From Hamiltosporidium tvaerminnensis FI-OER-3-3 (taxonomy: Eukaryota; Fungi; Microsporidia): a stretch of DNA of 64,000 nt. The notes under the pieces were generated by a model. The model did no database searches. It saw only the letters and a program-made list of their open reading frames with translations, and was not told the origin of the DNA. The stretch is taken from NCBI GenBank assembly GCA_022605425.2, contig JAKIMF020000011.1, positions 744,001 through 808,000 of the forward strand, written 5' to 3'. Shown here in pieces: positions 22,801 to 35,645 of the stretch (positions within the stretch are counted from its first letter, which is position 1; each line of letters starts with the position of its first letter). The position numbers and the translations under genes were made by a program.

Positions 22801-25800
22801 AGGGTCCATGGATCATATTTTTAGTTATTATACTAAATAATCCAGGGTGTGTATTTTTATCATGAATTTCTGCCCAGACCATCTTATCAATTAATGCTGC
22901 ATCGCGTGGCTTAGAATTGCTTCTAAAGTTATCAAAATATGAGCATGAGGTAATCCTCTATTTTGAAATTCTATGACATAGCAATATGCTTTTACTTTTC
23001 CGAAAATTTTATTTTTTATAATATCTGCCATTAAGGCCTTATGTTTTTCTCTAAAGACTCTATCTACTAAATCAGGCCTATTCTCACGTTTTTCATTTGC
23101 ATCTAGATTTTCAGATATTTCAGCATAGTTTGGATTGCAAGTCATAGTAATGAACAAATCGGGTTTCCCATACTTTCTAACTATTGCCATAGCATCTTGA
23201 TATTTCTGTTTCATGTTTCGAGGACTGCTTGAAAATGTTAAAGGCAAAATTATTCTCTTTCCTACTGGAATGTCTTATTTAGCATCTTGATTCTCAATCT
23301 ACTAAATTAAATCATTATATTTTTCGGCTCGCAGCTCTTTTTGATCTGTTCGAGCATAATTCAAATCATTTGCTTCAGTTTTGCAATATGCCTTTACTAC
23401 ATACTGTTAAGTCAATCTCCCGGCTCTTAAAAGGGGGTTGAATTCATCTCATAATTGCAAGTAATAGGAATAATATTGTTTTAGCGTAACATTTTTATGA
23501 GCATGGCGCTTTCTCTTGCATTATAAAGTTTTATGTTAACCCCGCAAGGTTGTTTTCCATATAGAAACAACAGTGGATAAGATAAAGCATGTGGATTTAT
23601 ATGTCTGTGGCCTATACGGCGAGTTTTACTAATTAGAGTATCTTATGGCCTAAGATGCATCAATAAGTCCTTATCAATAAGAGGTTACCCGTTTTTACCC
23701 AAGAAAACCATGGCTACTTCATTACGGTGTTGTGCATTATATCATCTCGGATCAGTTTTTCTATTTTGCACTATTTCCATTACAATTTGTGTTTCTATGT
23801 TAGGCTTTAAATATTTTTGGGCTTCTTCAACTCCATACATCATTTTGAAAGCACACGCAAAAGGATTAGATTTCATAACATCAGATATTTTTTCCATTAG
23901 TCTTAAGTAACACGTTTTATTTGCTGGCTCGTTTATCCTTTCGTTATTTGCTACATCTTCATCAAAAATGTATAATTGGGCATATTGTCTGCTATGATTT
24001 TTGTCTGGATGCAGCGTACCCGAAATATGATACATTTGTCCATGAATACGGTAACAAAATGGACCGGACCCTTGAGGAATTTTAATATTTGCTCCAATCG
24101 AGACAAAAGCAAAAGCACTATTAGATGATCTTATATTTTTTGAAAAATTTAAATGAATCGGCATCCTCGCCGCTCATTAATTTTTTAAGCGTCTCGTATA
24201 TTTTAATACTTGGTAAGTTAATAGATTTTTGATTGCAACATATATTAAAGAGTTTTGATGCTGGTCTTTAACTTTGAAAAATTTAGCTTGGCAGCTGTGG
24301 CAGGTTTTTTCTAGTCTGCCAAGTTGATGTTTAAATATTTGTTTTATATTACATTCTGTCAATTCCTTTAATGCAATACATAAAGAGTGCTCTGTAATAA
24401 GTCGTTCTCTAGAAATTCTATGTGAATTCTTATTTCATCGTGTTTTCCTGCTAGAATTTTCAGCTGTTCTATTTTTCCTTAAATCTTGTAGCCTTAGTCT
24501 TTCTAAATGTCTCTCTTCGTCTGATTTATTTTCTCTCGAAGCTTTAAGTTGTGTTAACTTTCCCTTCCTCCTTTTTACTTATTTATTTTCTCTAAGATCC
24601 CTCATCCTTAAAATTTCTGCATTCCTCGCCTCCTCAGATTTATTTTCTCTTAGAGCTTTTAGCCGAGCTATTCGGATATTCTCTCTTCTTCTGATATATT
24701 CTCTCCCGATATTTTAAGTCGCAATAATTCGGAATTTTTTTCATCTTCTGATCTATTTGCTTTGAATGTTTCAAGGTGCTCTAGATTTTTATGTCTGTTT
24801 TGTGCTGAAAGATTTTTTCTTTTAGATCAATCAGTTTCTGCTTTTTTTTGTTTAGCTTTTAAGACATGTGCAGATTTTTCTTCGTCTGAATAAACTTGCT
24901 TTTTTCGTGGCATTATGTAGCACTTAGTGAGGTAATTATATAACTTTATATTTTCTGGAAGCGTTTTAGTTTAAACAAATGTTATTTTTTTAGTATATTA
25001 ATCGAAACAAAAATATTTAATGGTTGCTTTTCGGTTCATCATACTCTCTATGGCTATATTCAAGTCCTGGTTAGATCTCTTAATCGCCTTATGAAAAAAA
25101 ACTTCATTAGGTTAGTGCTACCAACAACCGAGGATTTTATGTTTTAATTTAATTAAGTTATAGATCATGAAAAATATAAACTATCCTTAACTTTATAGAT
25201 TTATTGCGTACTAATAAGATTTTTTTAAAGTAATATTAAATGAAAATTCGCAAAAAACATTTATCTCATTCGTCAGCTAGCTTGGATTTACTGCTTTTTT
25301 TGACTTATAATATTCTTTATTTTGCATTTTTTGTTTATATTTCGAGACAAAGCTTCATTTCTATTCATATAGTTTCGATACTTTGGATATATAAATATTA
25401 CATTTGATTACTTACTGAGGCCTTCTCATCACATTAATGTGTGTTTAGAGCAAGTATTCTTTAGGTTCATGAATTATTTTATATCCACTCGTTCCTAATT
25501 CCGTAGTATTTTCCTTCGATTCGAAATTTTTCTTCGTGTATAATAAAAGATTTTAATAATTTTTGTGTACTATTGAGTGAATAAATCATCCCATTAGCTA
25601 AAGTTTAAATATATGCATTCATTTATAGTTAATCTATACTTAAATTCTTAGAAAATAAATCTTAACAAAATAATTTAATTTTTTTTTAAACAGAATACTT
25701 TAGAAAAATAAAGTTGAATATATTTTGTTTTTCTTAAATATTAACACAGTCTAGAAAAGATTTTTACAATTTTTATTATTTCAAATATTTTTTTGAAACA

Positions 25801-25987
25801 ATAGAATTTTTTTAATCTTTTTATGTTCACTTCTACTCACTATTATTGGTTGTGTAAGATTTATGAACAAATAGAAAGAAACATATCTTAATTGGAGCAT
25901 TCTTATTGGTGTCTTATATTTTTTTAACCAATCAAAGATTTCGAGGTGAGTCGTCGTCGTCGGAACATTACTGAATTGTATAAATGA
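19844..25987 (-). mobile_element. Full-length decayed Helitron (6.1 kb)
   Basis: A|TC 5' end at 25987 and CTAG|T 3' end at 19844 with a degenerate subterminal hairpin CCCGT-GGAA-AC; contains Rep-PIF1 helicase fragments. Confidence 0.9.
20282..24913 (-). pseudogene. Helitron Rep/PIF1 helicase pseudogene (many stops and frameshifts)
   Basis: Ordered fragments: ATG CCA CGA AAA at 24913 with charged repeats; IHGQMYH and YAQLYI; SPRNMKQKYQDAMAIVRKYGKPDLFITMTCNP; IEFQNRGLPHAHIL (HUH); DGLGGSGKT (Walker A); GGDYRQCL; RRQFPIRLAFAMIINKAQGQTL; QLYVAFSRV. Confidence 0.93.
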
Positions 25988-26149
25988 TAATCAGTAAAGT
26001 TAAAATTCTTTAAGCAAATCTCTAGAAAGTAGTAGAAAACTATCTTTACGTTTTTAAATACAATCTATAATATTTTTAAAGTTCGCAATTAAACATATAA
26101 TTTGAATTAAAAAAAATATAAGCAAAAATATATTTCTTATCTTATAGTA

Positions 26150-26752
26150 TGGTGAGAATAAAACCAAAGTTCGTTTTCAGTTGTTCTGTTGGTGTTTTTG
26201 CAAAGAGAATATATTATAGTAGAAGATATTTTTTTTTACTCAGAAGTTTTAATTTTTTATGTAATTATATTAAAAATTGTGAATGAACATTTGTGTAAGT
26301 GGCTATAAAAGAGTCAAACCTAGCCTTAATTGATTTGCTTAGATTACTTTGAGGCAATGAGATACAAAAGTAAAAACATTTGTAGAGCCGAAATGCTAAG
26401 CTGGGATTGTTCTCAGTTGGTATGGTATTTCACTTTCTAGGTGAACCAAATGTAAGTCACCGAGATATATCTTAGCTGAAAGTTTAGAAGGGTTCAGAAT
26501 GTGTTGAGTAAGTGAATGCTGAATATTCTTGGTGAGGCCGAAGCAGGTTGTGACCTACGATCGAACACCATGGAACAAGCATTAACAAACTCTGGATAGC
26601 CACCTGCTCATGCAATGAAGTTTTAAACTTCTCTAACATGAAAATATTTGGGATATAAGTATCGAAGAGCTACTGATTGTGTTTTTGTGGAACAATTATC
26701 AATTTTACACTTAGAACTCCACTAAGGTCATAAAAACAAATAACTTGGCTAC
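26150..26752 (+). ncRNA. Family A structured repeat, diverged copy 3 (lacks first about 80 nt)
   Basis: Colinear blocks AAACCTAGCCTT, GCTAAG, CTAGGTG, TCACCGA.ATATATCTTAGCT, GAGTAAGTG, TAGAACT and AAAACAAATA match copy 1. Confidence 0.5.
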
Positions 26753-27941
26753 ATTAATGAAAAAAAATTTATATATATCAAATAAGATTTCTTTAAATGT
26801 AAGCTATTTGACAAATACTTTAATAATATTAAAATCTATACTCGGTTTCAGTGGTTTATAGGCAAATATTTTGTTTATTGTTTTTTTTTGTGAATTATAT
26901 TTAATTGCGTAGAGACTTAAGAAGAATTAAAAATCCTAATCATTTGCGCCGTCATAGGCAATGAAAACGATTTTGAAACATTTTAGAATTTAAGCATCAT
27001 ATTATGACTTAATAATTAGCGAATTTACAAATAAATAAAGGAGAAAATGAGGTGGAAATAAGAAAAAATCTTAGCAATAAGCAAAAATAAGAAGTAAATT
27101 TCGTGTTCGAAAGCGCGAGTCTTCGTTCAAATCAGAATTTGAAATGTTAAAGCATACTAATGCTTTATGAGATGCACATTTTATCGACACAAGTTGGCAA
27201 AATTACTAAGTATAGAACACTTAAGAATAATTAGAAACAGAAATGTTTCACAATAGTAGCATTGAAAGATTTTTGTTGAAAATTTTGTTAGTTTACCAAT
27301 ATTTTTGGATGTAATTTGGATTTGGCAAAGATACTTTATAAATTTAAAAAGGCGAAATTGTATTTTATTAAATTATTGGAGAAGTGGCTGTAAATAAAAG
27401 ATCATTAGCAAGAAAAGTAAGAAAAATACGAAAATGTAAATTTATTGGTTTCTTTGGTTGATTGTATTATGAAGTAATTTATGGAATAAACAAGAAATCG
27501 TACATCTTTAGATTGAGCAGAAGATCTTTTTAGGGAATATTACGTTGAAAAAATCATTTGTTAGAAAAATGAAATAAAAAAATTTTTGATTTATAGTTTT
27601 GGTTGGGATGTATAAATTTCATAACAAATTTGAGCTGGTTGCAAATTTATATGAAATTATCGAACTAAGTATAAATTTATTTTCCATACAAAGAATCATA
27701 AAGTAGATTATACATATAATGAAAGGAGAATCACGGTTTTTTTGATATAAGCATGTTTTTTAGCTATACTAATTACAAGTTCGTTATTTTTGTTAATTAT
27801 AACAAAATATCTTATCTATAACAGTTTGGGTGCAGAAGATAAGAAAAATAGACTTTGGAACAAATTTATATTTTTAAACAAATTTCATTGGTGAAATGAA
27901 AAAAGGAGTAATTTTTAATTAGAAAGTTTCTTTGACCCAGA

Positions 27942-29471
27942 ATGGGAGATAAACAATTAAGTAGAAGAAGAAAAAGTATTAAGATTGTGGAAAAAGACAG
28001 AACTGAGCAAGAAATTGATAAGGTTCCTGCTGCAAAACCGAAGGAAGAAGTGAAAAAAGAAATTGAGGACACTACAAAAAATGCGATTGGTATGGTGGAA
28101 GGTGAACAACCTAAAGAGTCTGAAAAGGAAAAGACTGATAAAGAAAGTGCTAAAGATGAAAAGTCTAAACCAGAAGAAATTACTAAACCCGATGAAAAAG
28201 ATAAAAAAGTGGAAGATGGAATAAAAGATGCTAAAAAAATTTCTGAAACCAACGAAGAAGAGAAAGATTCTTTCGAAAAAGAAAAATCTAAAATAGATGC
28301 GGACAAGGTAGAAGAAGAAAAGGACAATTTAGATAAAGAATCTAAAAGCGCGAAGCCCGCAGAAGAAAGTGGAAAGGCTATTTCACAAGAAAAAGAAAAA
28401 GCGGAAGATACCATCAATAAAGAAAAAGATGAAAAGCCTCCTAAAGACGAAGATAAGAAAGTCGAAGAAGACAAAATGATGAAAGAAAAAGAAGAAATGC
28501 CTCTAAAAGATGAAGATAAAAAGGAGAAAGAAGATAAAATGAAAAAGGAAGATGAAGAAAAGGAGACAGTCAAAAAAGAGGAGTCAAAAAACAAGGATAT
28601 CAACAAAGATGTCAAAGAAGGTACCAATATAATTTCTGATAATAAGGAGAAAAAAGAGGAAATGAAAGCGCACAACTCATCTGAAGAAATGAAAACCGAT
28701 GAAAAGGAAGCTAAAGATAAATCCGAAGCAGCGACAGCAATGAAATTATCAGAACCTTCTGAGGAAAAAAGGGACAAAGAAGAAAAGGGGGCTGCGACCA
28801 CACCCGAAAAGAAAGTTATAATTTCCGAGGATAAAAATAAAGAATACGCAGTCGAAAAGGACGAGAACAAGGCGATAGATGCCAGCGAAGAAGAGGAAGC
28901 ACTTGCACAGGAGGGAATCAAAAAATCACAAGAATCGGCCAAGGATAAGTCTAAACAAGGAAAAGAAAAAAGAGCCGGATATCTTGCAGGAGGATTATTA
29001 GCAGGTGGTGGTACGACGGGTGAAAAAGAAGTGAAACCTTTGGTAGATAAAAAATTGTTGGAAAAAGATTCAGGGGGAGAAAAGCTTGATAAAAGGCCTT
29101 CTGATCCAGGAACCCAAGTTCTTGATCCAGGTTCGGAACTTCAGAAAGAAAGAGATGATAACAATGTTTCATACGAAGGAGAAGTCTTCAAAAGAAGATT
29201 TTTCTGTTCCTGTTTTTGGCATTCTAGACATTTCGTTTTAACAAAAACTGGAACATTAAAATATTATAGAGATCTTAACAATAAAGGAAAAGGCAACATT
29301 CCAATACTGACAATTATGGATATGCAGAGACTTGATAATATGAGTTCTAGACACCCTTATCAAATCATCCTTCGCTTTGCAGATGAAGAAAGTGTAATGG
29401 CATTTGATGACAAAGATACTAGAGACACATGGGCTCTTAAATTGGCTTCTGTTCGTGGTAAACTCACTTAA
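27942..29471 (+). CDS. Lys/Glu-rich low-complexity protein with C-terminal PH domain (509 aa)
   Basis: YEGEVFKR..FWHSRHFVL..LKYY..KGNIPI..AFDDKDTRDTWALKL fits the PH fold pattern; CCC just before the ATG. Confidence 0.85.
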   Translation: MGDKQLSRRRKSIKIVEKDRTEQEIDKVPAAKPKEEVKKEIEDTTKNAIGMVEGEQPKESEKEKTDKESAKDEKSKPEEITKPDEKDKKVEDGIKDAKKISETNEEEKDSFEKEKSKIDADKVEEEKDNLDKESKSAKPAEESGKAISQEKEKAEDTINKEKDEKPPKDEDKKVEEDKMMKEKEEMPLKDEDKKEKEDKMKKEDEEKETVKKEESKNKDINKDVKEGTNIISDNKEKKEEMKAHNSSEEMKTDEKEAKDKSEAATAMKLSEPSEEKRDKEEKGAATTPEKKVIISEDKNKEYAVEKDENKAIDASEEEEALAQEGIKKSQESAKDKSKQGKEKRAGYLAGGLLAGGGTTGEKEVKPLVDKKLLEKDSGGEKLDKRPSDPGTQVLDPGSELQKERDDNNVSYEGEVFKRRFFCSCFWHSRHFVLTKTGTLKYYRDLNNKGKGNIPILTIMDMQRLDNMSSRHPYQIILRFADEESVMAFDDKDTRDTWALKLASVRGKLT

Positions 29472-30124
29472 ATAAAGATCTTTAGAAGTATTCTTTAAAA
29501 TTTTATTATATTTTGGATTTTTTTTAATTTTCGTTAAATAAACCGTTACGATCATCATTTGAGCACGCAGTTATTAGAAAATCAAATTTTTTTAATTTTG
29601 ATTTCGAATAATTCCGCTAAAATAATTTCATTAATAAATGTTTTATTATAGTTTAAACAAGCCAAAAACATCTTATCCTTTGTCTATATATTTTAGTCAT
29701 ATATTATTCATTGATTAAAATTATATTTGATTTTAATTTCTTTGTAATATATTTTTTTGCAATTTATTATGGATTAAAGAAATATTAAAAACACAATCTT
29801 ATAATTTTCTAATCATTTGTTAGCAAACTCATACTTTGGTGTAGAATCGTAAATTGTCAAAGTTTGTTTTGAATTGAAGTAAATTCGGTTCAATATTACA
29901 AATAGCCAAAAATATAATAACTTAAATTATAAAAATATTTTTTGATAATCTGAAAGAATTTTTTTATTTTAGCATATTATTTATTTCAGATTTTATAAAA
30001 AAAATAAATCTATATACAAAAAAAATCTGAATTAAACATATTTTTAAATATATATAAGTACTTAAACTTCTAAACTCACTTTTACAAAAAATAAATATTA
30101 GATAATAAATTTTAGATCATTTTA

Positions 30125-32084
30125 TTTAATAAAATTCTGGGTTAACAAATTTTTCTCTTTTCTAAATAATTCTTTCCACCATTTCAACCACTTCTATCTC
30201 TTCCTCCAACTCCAACTCTTCATTTGTATTAGTTGTTGGTTCCTTTGCCGTGGTTATACCATCCAAAATAAGGGGTAAAATATTTTTTGTATTTTCCTTT
30301 TTAACATCATCTTCCTCGTTGTCTACTTGCTTTAAAGGGGGTATTGGTTGTTTATGTATCTCAGCTCCTAAAATAACACTTAATGATGCTCTCTCCCAGC
30401 TCTCCTCGGCATTTGGACCAGACTCAAGTCCTCTTCGTCGATCAAAAGAAATTGTTTCGACTGTCTTCTTGAGTACTATGGATTGTATATATGCCTCTAC
30501 ATTCATGGGTATTTGCAGTCTCTTAACATACGTCTTATGGTATTTTGTCACAATACCGTCCCAGGTCATCACATAAGGAATTATCTCTACGCTGCATTTA
30601 TAAATAAGACCTAACTCATTTGCTAATAGGTCATACTTCCTAAGCTTCTCTGTTTCAACTATTTGAAGAGAGTCTTGGGATGTGATTCCTACTTCAATGA
30701 GGGTTATCCTATTCTGTCTCTTGTCTAAAATAAATATATCTGGTCTGTTACACCGAATCTTGACATCAGTTTTTATTCTGGTGTCCACTCTTATCTCTGC
30801 ATATTCGTTATCAAGAATTTCTTGAACTGAGTGGCTTCTAATTCGTTTCGAAGACTTAAACTTATATTTATTCAGCAAGAGTAAATGAATACATCGTACC
30901 ACTTCATTATGTCGTCTAGAATAGTCATGACCAAGCATTTTTTCACATCTCGTTGCTAAGTGATCAACTGTTTTCCTAGACTGGTTGCAGTGTTGACACA
31001 TACCTTCTGCACCCCAGAATACATTTCTATCCTGGATATAACAGAACACTGCTTCATCACGTGGTCTTACACTTCCTTTCTTTAACCATCTTGAGGTGTC
31101 ATTTACACTTACCAGCTCGTTATTTCTAGCGCTATATAACTTTGAATGTAGTTTTCGGTTTTTGATTTCGTTATATAGGTTAGCATGTTGAGCTTCTTCC
31201 AATTTCTTTTTTGTGACTTCCTCTTCCAACCCGTATTTTATTTTTAAAAAGTTTCTAATTAGTGAAAGGTGGGTTTTATTATTATTCTCAACCTTTAGGA
31301 TTGCTGCTCTTCTGGTCGATGTATCTTTATGTTTTTCCAGACAATCCAAAAGTTGCAAAAGCATATGTTCGCTTTTGAACTTGACACTATGTAAACCTCT
31401 TCCAAGTTCTTTACGTGGAAGGTATAGACGTTCTTTGCATCCTGGGCGTAGATGTATTTTGTTCTTTACTAACACTGCACGCACCGCATCATCTAACTTA
31501 GAGAAGTCAGCCGGTTCTAGTCGGAGTACACCTATATGATAGTTTAGTAAAGAAATTGCATGTTGATTAATGGCTTGAAATAAATTTCTTGCATTTAATC
31601 TCGTGCGACAAAGTCTTTCTACTCGTGCTATAAGTTTAGTCTGTACTTCCTCAAACGACTTACTTGTTGGAATTCCTCTGCTATCTTCTATAATTCCAAG
31701 GTATTTATAAACACCTATTCCTTCAAGAAGAGTAGCAGTATCTTCACAACATGGATCATTAGTGGCTGACTTCTCTTTGTTAATTTCCAATTCTATATTA
31801 TTCATAAACTTTTTAACCTCCTCCGTCATTTCTTCCAATGTTTGTCCATCTTCGGCAAGGAGCTTAAGATCATCAATAAACAAGAGATGATTAGTCGCGT
31901 GGGATTCTGCATCTGTCTTTATTGTCACTTTTGTGTATTTCTCATTAAGCTTTGGCTCAATGGATCCATACACAACACAAACAATAATGGTGACAAACTA
32001 TCTCCTTGCAGAATCCCTCTATCAATCTTCTTACTCATGATTTTTTCAGGCCCTACTGATGTATCAATTTTCCATTTTGATATA
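30125..32084 (-). mobile_element. 5'-truncated R4/Dong-like non-LTR retrotransposon (RT, CCHC, RLE) with 13-bp TSD
   Basis: RGILQGDSLSPLLFVLCMDPL (separate frame, 1-nt frameshift near 31955), FIDDLKL, YKYLG, LYLPRKELGRGL, CQHC..H...C, RRHNEVV, RPD, IEV. Flanked by TTAGATCATTTTA at 30112-30124 and 32085-32097. Confidence 0.93.
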
Positions 32085-33749
32085 TTAGATCATTTTAAAT
32101 AGTTAAATATAAATTAATGGTGTAATAGAAATAGAGATATAAATAATATGAAAAGTTAAATCATTATTCAAATGATTATAAATCCCAATTATAGCTATAT
32201 TTGTTCTATAAGGAACCTTATAGAATTTAAAATAGTAAAACAACCTTCTTTAAATACTTATTTTGATTTTATTGAATTGATATGAATCATATGAATATTT
32301 ATTTACAATTTTAACTGAAAAACGATCACAATATATTAATTCTCTAATATTTGATCATTAAATTTTAATTAATATTGTTTTTTAAAAACCACAGACACTA
32401 AAAAATTCAATTATAATATTATAGATGTTAACAAATTATATTGTAAATTTCTCGGATTGTCTAAAAAGTTATATTGATTATAATACATTTTAATATTCTA
32501 AAAATATCGAAACCAATCAATTGATTATAAATAGAATTATATCTTAATATCAAAATTAAAAATAATACAATCAGAATAAACTTTATATTTTGAATTAATA
32601 GTGATGAAATTGAAAATAAATATGGAATTAAAAAAATATGATTGAATATTGAAATTTTACAGATTGTACTTATAATTTGATATTCTTCTATAATATTGGA
32701 AGCACGAACTGTTTTTTCATTTCAATTACATATGGATATAGATTATTGTATATTACTGGCAATTTTTTGGATGATTATTTTAGATATTAAGGTTTTTGTA
32801 CGGCGCCTTAATATGTGTATCTTGAACATAATTATCTTTATACTAAAATTAAAAGATTTGATAAATAGGAATACGTTTCATTTACATTTATTTTCTGAGT
32901 TTATTGTCTAAGTATATTATTTGGAATTTTCAAACCTGTAATTTTATTAAATTTATTTTTCATTATTTTACAAATCTATTTTTAGTAATTTGATTTACAT
33001 TTCATACGTGGGTTCATTTCATTTTTGATAAGAAAATTTCTCAATGAAACCCAGATTGATTAAATATATACCTCATTTTTAAATATGCTCTCTGGATGAT
33101 GCCTTTCTCTATCAAAATGTATTCGATATTAAATGAGAATAAAACAAAAATACTTTGAGAAAAAATTATAACATAAACGTACTATATAGCTTAGTTAAAT
33201 AGGTAAGTTATGGTTTGGAGTTTATAATTTCTGAAGTTAATAAGCCTTTAAAAATTATATTTTTAATCGAAAAATGTTTGTTTTGATTTTTATCAATTGC
33301 ATCTTTTTCCAGATCTTTCATCTATATTATTGATATACGATTTGTCTGTATTTTGTAAAATATTAGGAAAGGTTTTTTTGCTGATATTTTATCTATAGTA
33401 GTTATGACTAGAAAAAACAGTATTATGTAACAATAAACTTTGAATGAAAAACTTGGAGTTTGGATTAATCATTAATTTGTATCATTTATTTATTATTGAT
33501 CAACTATTTATTAGATTGTTCAAATTTAAAAGTTATTTTATATTTCTAAGTAAAAATATGATTATATGAAGCAGCATGATTTTTTGAATTAATTGGGTTA
33601 ATACTTACAATTATAGTTAGAACTCTTAAAGAATTCGATTTTATTTATAATTTCAAATGTACGAAGATAACTGAGATGAAAGTTAATATACAAATAAATC
33701 AAATCAATTAAAAATATAGAGAAGAAAGAAAAATAGACAAACCACTTTT

Positions 33750-35645
33750 TTATTTAGATAACTTGAACCGCATATCTGGCATCAATCTTATACCCAGAAA
33801 TAGGAAAGACAGCAAAGTGTAAACAGAGGTCGTGACAATAAAAAATGAAAACATTTGCCATATTTTTACGGAATCAAAAAGATACGAAGTAAAAAATTTT
33901 TCAAGTGCATCTGTACATTCTTTAAGACGTGGGAAAGTTTCAAAAAGTTTAACACCCTTTCTACTCAATTTATAGGCAACTGCAACACACATGGTGTTAT
34001 AATGTAATGGCGGGAATAATGAAACGATGTATATAAAAGCATGTAAGGAGTTTAAATCATATTTTACAGCTGTAAAGTATAATCCAGTGTAAATAGTGGG
34101 CGGTAATATCCATGTCAAAGCCAGAAAACTGATTAAAACATATATCGTTTTTGTTCTTTTTGTCAACGAACCGAAAAACAAAATTGTAGGCAAATAACAG
34201 AACATTCCTCCAAAGAAAAACAAATAGAATTCCCACTTGATATATGTATATCCAAACTTGAAAAACACAAACAAAGCTGAACAGAAAAGCATTGGTAAAT
34301 AGCACAATGCCTCAAATAGAAAGACAGAAAGGTAATAAGAGGTAATTGAAAACGTAGCCACACCTAATTCTCTCATTATCATTTTGTACTCTTGTGAAAA
34401 TGAACCCGTAGATGCAATCATCGAATACGCAAAGAAGAAACTTAAGAAGTTCATTGCAAGTGGGCGCGAGAAAACATTTTTCATTTCCTCTATATTACTC
34501 AGGACCTCTCGGATAGAATTTTTTATATCTGTATTACTGATATAAAATGTATACTGATTAAAAATTGCAGTTATAATATCCTTAACAGCGGTAGAATCTA
34601 AAAGAGCGGATACAAATTTGCAGAATATATAGAAAAAGAATGTAAAAATAAAGATACTGAAAATTATTTTCTTTCTTGAAAGACTTACTTTATATCTCCG
34701 GTGCAAAAGTATGATTATGTCTTTGAAACTTGGTTTAAGATCGATGATAAAGGCATTCTTTGTGGAAATAATAGCGCCGAACTGCTTGTTACAACTTTTT
34801 TCATTATCATTTATCATTTGCGACATAATGGCTTGATTTTCATGTGATTCAGTATATTTCTTTTTTACCTTTAAAACGTCTGCGAGGAATTCAGGAAACG
34901 AAGACAAGTCTCGTTTCTTGAGACCATATTTTGCGAAGTGATCTTCAGCGCTCTTAGCCTCGCCAAAATATACAGTATTTGAATCCGAAAGTAAGACTAA
35001 TGTATCAAATATGCTAAATATTTCAGCAGAAGGCTGATGGATTGTAAATATGACACTCATGTTATGTGATTTTGATAATTTCTTGATTAGATATATCAAA
35101 TTTAATGCCGTATGAGCATCTAGACCACTTGTAGGCTCATCCATAAATAATATTTTTGGTTGTGTGACAAGTTCAACAGCTATCATTACTCTTTTTCTTT
35201 CACCACCAGAGACGCTACACATTCTTGTACCAGATATATCATAAATATCAAGTTCATTCAACAATTGTTCTACCTTCTGATGAATATCAACATTTTTGTC
35301 TTTTAATCTAAACTTAGCAGCATAAGTAATAGTTTCAAGAACGGATAACTGTTCGTAAACACAATCATCTTGATCAACATACCCTACGTTTTTGCACCAA
35401 TTCCTATAACTTCTCTCATGTCCATCTGCAAGAATTTCCCCTTTTGTTCTTGCACCAGATGAGACTCTACCTGCTAAAGCTTTAATTAATGTTGTTTTAC
35501 CACTTCCACTTGGTCCCATAATTGCACAAAGAGAACCTTTCGGTACAACGCCATTCGCATTTTTAATCAGCTTTACATGACTACCAGCCATATTCTTATT
35601 TTTATTTCGTAATTCTATATCGACATTCCTCCATTCAAAATTCAT
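33750..35645 (-). CDS. ABCG (White-family) half ABC transporter, NBD-TMD
   Basis: GPSGSGKT, VSGGERKR, LFMDEPTSGLD, IHQPS and C-terminal TM helices. Start set at the first in-frame ATG (MNFEWRNV, 35645) rather than TTG 35696. Confidence 0.93.
   Translation of the reverse strand: MNFEWRNVDIELRNKNKNMAGSHVKLIKNANGVVPKGSLCAIMGPSGSGKTTLIKALAGRVSSGARTKGEILADGHERSYRNWCKNVGYVDQDDCVYEQLSVLETITYAAKFRLKDKNVDIHQKVEQLLNELDIYDISGTRMCSVSGGERKRVMIAVELVTQPKILFMDEPTSGLDAHTALNLIYLIKKLSKSHNMSVIFTIHQPSAEIFSIFDTLVLLSDSNTVYFGEAKSAEDHFAKYGLKKRDLSSFPEFLADVLKVKKKYTESHENQAIMSQMINDNEKSCNKQFGAIISTKNAFIIDLKPSFKDIIILLHRRYKVSLSRKKIIFSIFIFTFFFYIFCKFVSALLDSTAVKDIITAIFNQYTFYISNTDIKNSIREVLSNIEEMKNVFSRPLAMNFLSFFFAYSMIASTGSFSQEYKMIMRELGVATFSITSYYLSVFLFEALCYLPMLFCSALFVFFKFGYTYIKWEFYLFFFGGMFCYLPTILFFGSLTKRTKTIYVLISFLALTWILPPTIYTGLYFTAVKYDLNSLHAFIYIVSLFPPLHYNTMCVAVAYKLSRKGVKLFETFPRLKECTDALEKFFTSYLFDSVKIWQMFSFFIVTTSVYTLLSFLFLGIRLMPDMRFKLSK

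Noticed and set aside
27866-28942. 358-aa Ser/Phe-rich minus-strand ORF
   Set aside because: Antisense shadow of the K/E-rich PH-domain gene.
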